A DNA stretch of 63,568 nt from an uncultured Fibrobacteraceae bacterium (lineage in GTDB: Bacteria > Krumholzibacteriota > Krumholzibacteriia > LZORAL124-64-63). A model generated the notes under the pieces. The model was not told where the DNA came from. It was given only the letters and a program-made list of their open reading frames with translations, and did no database searches. This document shows, in pieces, positions 62,401 through 63,568 of the stretch. A program made the position numbers and the translations under genes. The stretch is from assembly GCA_964399195.1 (NCBI GenBank), contig CAYNPY010000009.1:1758-65325 (forward strand), read 5' to 3'. Every line of letters starts with the position of its first letter. Positions within the stretch are counted from its first letter, which is position 1.

Positions 62401-63241
62401 CCGTGTAGGGCGAACGTTCGTAGCCCACCGTGCGGGCGACCATCGCCTGCGCCTCGGCCAGGCTCTCGACCGGAAAGCGTCCGAGCATCGCGTCCGGCAG
62501 GAAATCGTCGCCGTCCAGCAGCACGTACTCCAGGTCCGAGGGATTTCCCAGGAAGCTGTAGGTGGGGATGGCGCCGATGTCGCCGAACAGGACGACGTGC
62601 TCGGGCGGGTACTCCCACGTGTCGTAGGCGTCCTGCAGCCAGGCCTTGATGCCGGCGGTCGTGGTGCCGGTGACGTCGGTCCCCACGGTGACCACGCGCA
62701 GTCCCTTGCGCGTCTTCCACTCCGCCAGCGGCGCGACCGCCGCCGCCAGCGCCGCGTCATGCACGATCACGTAGCTGCCGCGGCTGACCGCGGCCGCCTT
62801 GCCGGCCGGCAGCCCGGACAGGGCCGCCTCCAGCGCCGGCGACGCCAGGCGGTGGTCGGGCGTCTCGGCGGCCCAGTCGCCGTCGTGCGTCACCTGCAGC
62901 TGCAGCGCCGGCGACGTCGCCCCGCCGCCACCGCCCGCCGGCGCCGCCGCCAGCAGCACCGGGCGGCCGCGCATGATCATGACGCGGCCGGGCGCGGCGG
63001 CCGCGGCGGCGGCCAGACCGGGCGTCCCGGCCCGCGCCGACGTCGCGTTGCGCGGCAGCGCCACCAGGGCGGCGCGGCCGGCCCCCTCGACGCCTGCGGG
63101 CGGTTCCCTCAGCGTGACCAGATCATCGCCGCCGGCCGGGCCGGTCCCGGCGGACGACACGGAAACGGTCCCGGCCGCCGCGAGGGCGACCAGGACCGAA
63201 GCGGAGGCAAGGCGCAATCCTTGCGGCAGGCGGGTCCTCAT
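59483..63241 (-). CDS. C25 (gingipain-like) cysteine-peptidase-family protein with Ig-like stalk and C-terminal FlgD-Ig domain
   Basis: Signal peptide, PLAEWK..KG, PEHVVLFGD, SDLEY..LDGDD..PD..GR, FVCLTGDY..PPCFGEAF, YNLLGDP; ends GANP...ATAKLTLVR. The canonical His position reads YRGW. Confidence 0.85.
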   Translation of the reverse strand: MRTRLPQGLRLASASVLVALAAAGTVSVSSAGTGPAGGDDLVTLREPPAGVEGAGRAALVALPRNATSARAGTPGLAAAAAAAPGRVMIMRGRPVLLAAAPAGGGGGATSPALQLQVTHDGDWAAETPDHRLASPALEAALSGLPAGKAAAVSRGSYVIVHDAALAAAVAPLAEWKTRKGLRVVTVGTDVTGTTTAGIKAWLQDAYDTWEYPPEHVVLFGDIGAIPTYSFLGNPSDLEYVLLDGDDFLPDAMLGRFPVESLAEAQAMVARTVGYERSPYTAETAWFTKSLMVAGLTGSTTPPHTVAYCGRQLQAIGFGPATAITSPVPLPPLLGTQLIKQNIDAGASMVVYRGWAYGTGGWDPPSYTVNDIPALNNGWKLPVVMSFVCLTGDYTSSPPCFGEAFLRQGTPEAPGKGAVAFIGNGEHWSHTRYNDAMAIAVFERIVESGLTDLGALLNAGKLRFLDYFPNEVDAAGNGEESVEFYFHIYNLLGDPALEYWRGAPVPILVEAPASLPVGGNDITVTVLPAGGGQPVAGARVGVTQGGALLGSGRTDAAGVARLELAPVGAGAPVVVAVTGAGVAPVETTVPTAAAAVFVAAVSATVADGAEGVPNPGETLDVTLRMANRGTAGSDAFAVTAVAVEGPAQAAGTASFAALAAGLEAPAQTPLTVAVADDAEDGATVTLRLAADRGGGAVDVSAWSFTVAAARLQPLALDAAAGHVEPGQTTPLVLTLRNDGSLATAGGTVALALADGSGAALAGAGAAFGPCAPGATVGTGDGLSIAVPAEAAVGTALNFTVTITTAEGWRRESTCAAVIGRVDVTAPTGPDAHGYYAYDSADLDYPAARPQYAWTEISTLLGGPGTKLNFAVPDNLATSVLVDLPFAFRYFGQDYTRLRVCDNGWVSFDLSNRYDFYNWTLPSTHGNNALVAPFWDNLNPETPASGAQLPNGLPPDGIYAWHDAAGGRFIIEWSRLPNYQPEVLGLQTFQLVLLDPARRVGPDGNGEMLFLYKHVSNNDHLRMYATAGWESPDGLDGLQLTYDNHYAAGMAPLQSGLAVRVTTAPPVRVPFALAAFSAEPLGPAVRLAWRPADERPVLGWHVERLDAAGSLRLTAEPLPAEARAFTDAAPSADPAARYALVALHPWQTESRPGEVAIGGQGGARFFLRTVGANPARGAIELAFALPRDGHARLRVYDVAGRLVRTLADGPLTGGEGRRLWDGRDDDGRPLGGGLYFGRLESADGVATAKLTLVR

Positions 63242-63568
63242 CGGATCAGGCTCATCCTTCGGCTGACGAACGTCCCGTCGGTTTCCACGCGGTACAGGTA
63301 GACGCCGCTGGGCAGGGCGCGTCCCGCGTCGTCGAGGCCCTGCCACACGAACTCGGTGCGGCCGGCCTGCGCTCGGTCCCAGGTCCGCGTCAGCACATGG
63401 GCGCCGCGCAGGTCATGGATGCTGAGCGTGACCGGGCCGGCCTCGCGCAGCTCGAACCAGATCGTGGTCAGCGGGTTGAACGGGTTGGGCGTGTTGCCCG
63501 CGGCCAGCGGCGCTACGGCCGGCAGCGGCGCCCCGCTGGCGCCGCAGCCGCTGGCGCCCGCCCCGATC
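63238..63568 (-). CDS. 3' end of a secreted protein with a C-terminal FlgD-Ig domain (truncated by the window edge)
   Basis: ...IGAGASGC...GNTPNPFNPLTTIWF...SGVYLYRV...RRMSLIR*; its TGA overlaps the ATG of the C25 gene. Confidence 0.85.
   Translation of the reverse strand, partial: IGAGASGCGASGAPLPAVAPLAAGNTPNPFNPLTTIWFELREAGPVTLSIHDLRGAHVLTRTWDRAQAGRTEFVWQGLDDAGRALPSGVYLYRVETDGTFVSRRMSLIR

Overview
Very GC-rich (visually >70%) chromosomal segment with no rRNA, tRNA, CRISPR array or mobile element that I can support. Secreted proteins ending in a 'PNPFNP...K.L.K' FlgD-Ig-type domain, and one ending in a short 'FGGVKAMFR' motif, point by inference to an FCB-group candidate lineage (Krumholzibacteria/Latescibacteria/Eisenbacteria-like). 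Contents in order: folP-cdaA; aroC; a secreted M14 peptidase; a complete trp operon with a WRWWHW leader peptide, an attenuator, a TrpC-TrpF-TrpB triple fusion and a terminal DAHP synthase; a signalling patch of apparently degenerate proteins (STAS/HD-GYP, BldC-like HTH, MCP-like, serine-less alpha/beta hydrolase); a DUF3524 (GTDC1/QTMAN-like) glycosyltransferase within about 10 kb of queF and a queG-amrS pair; further secreted peptidases; mscL; nucleotide salvage genes (udk, hpt, guaB, CNT transporter) and tex. The best candidate for an undescribed system is the tightly coupled minus-strand operon at about 51.0-63.6 kb. It joins pgsB-pgsC-pgsW (poly-gamma-glutamate genes, with no capA or capD in the window) to a gingipain-like C25 protein, an outer-membrane beta-barrel, a beta-propeller/FGE-fold lipoprotein and a DUF1624 acyltransferase. 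All family assignments come from motif recognition by eye, not database searches.
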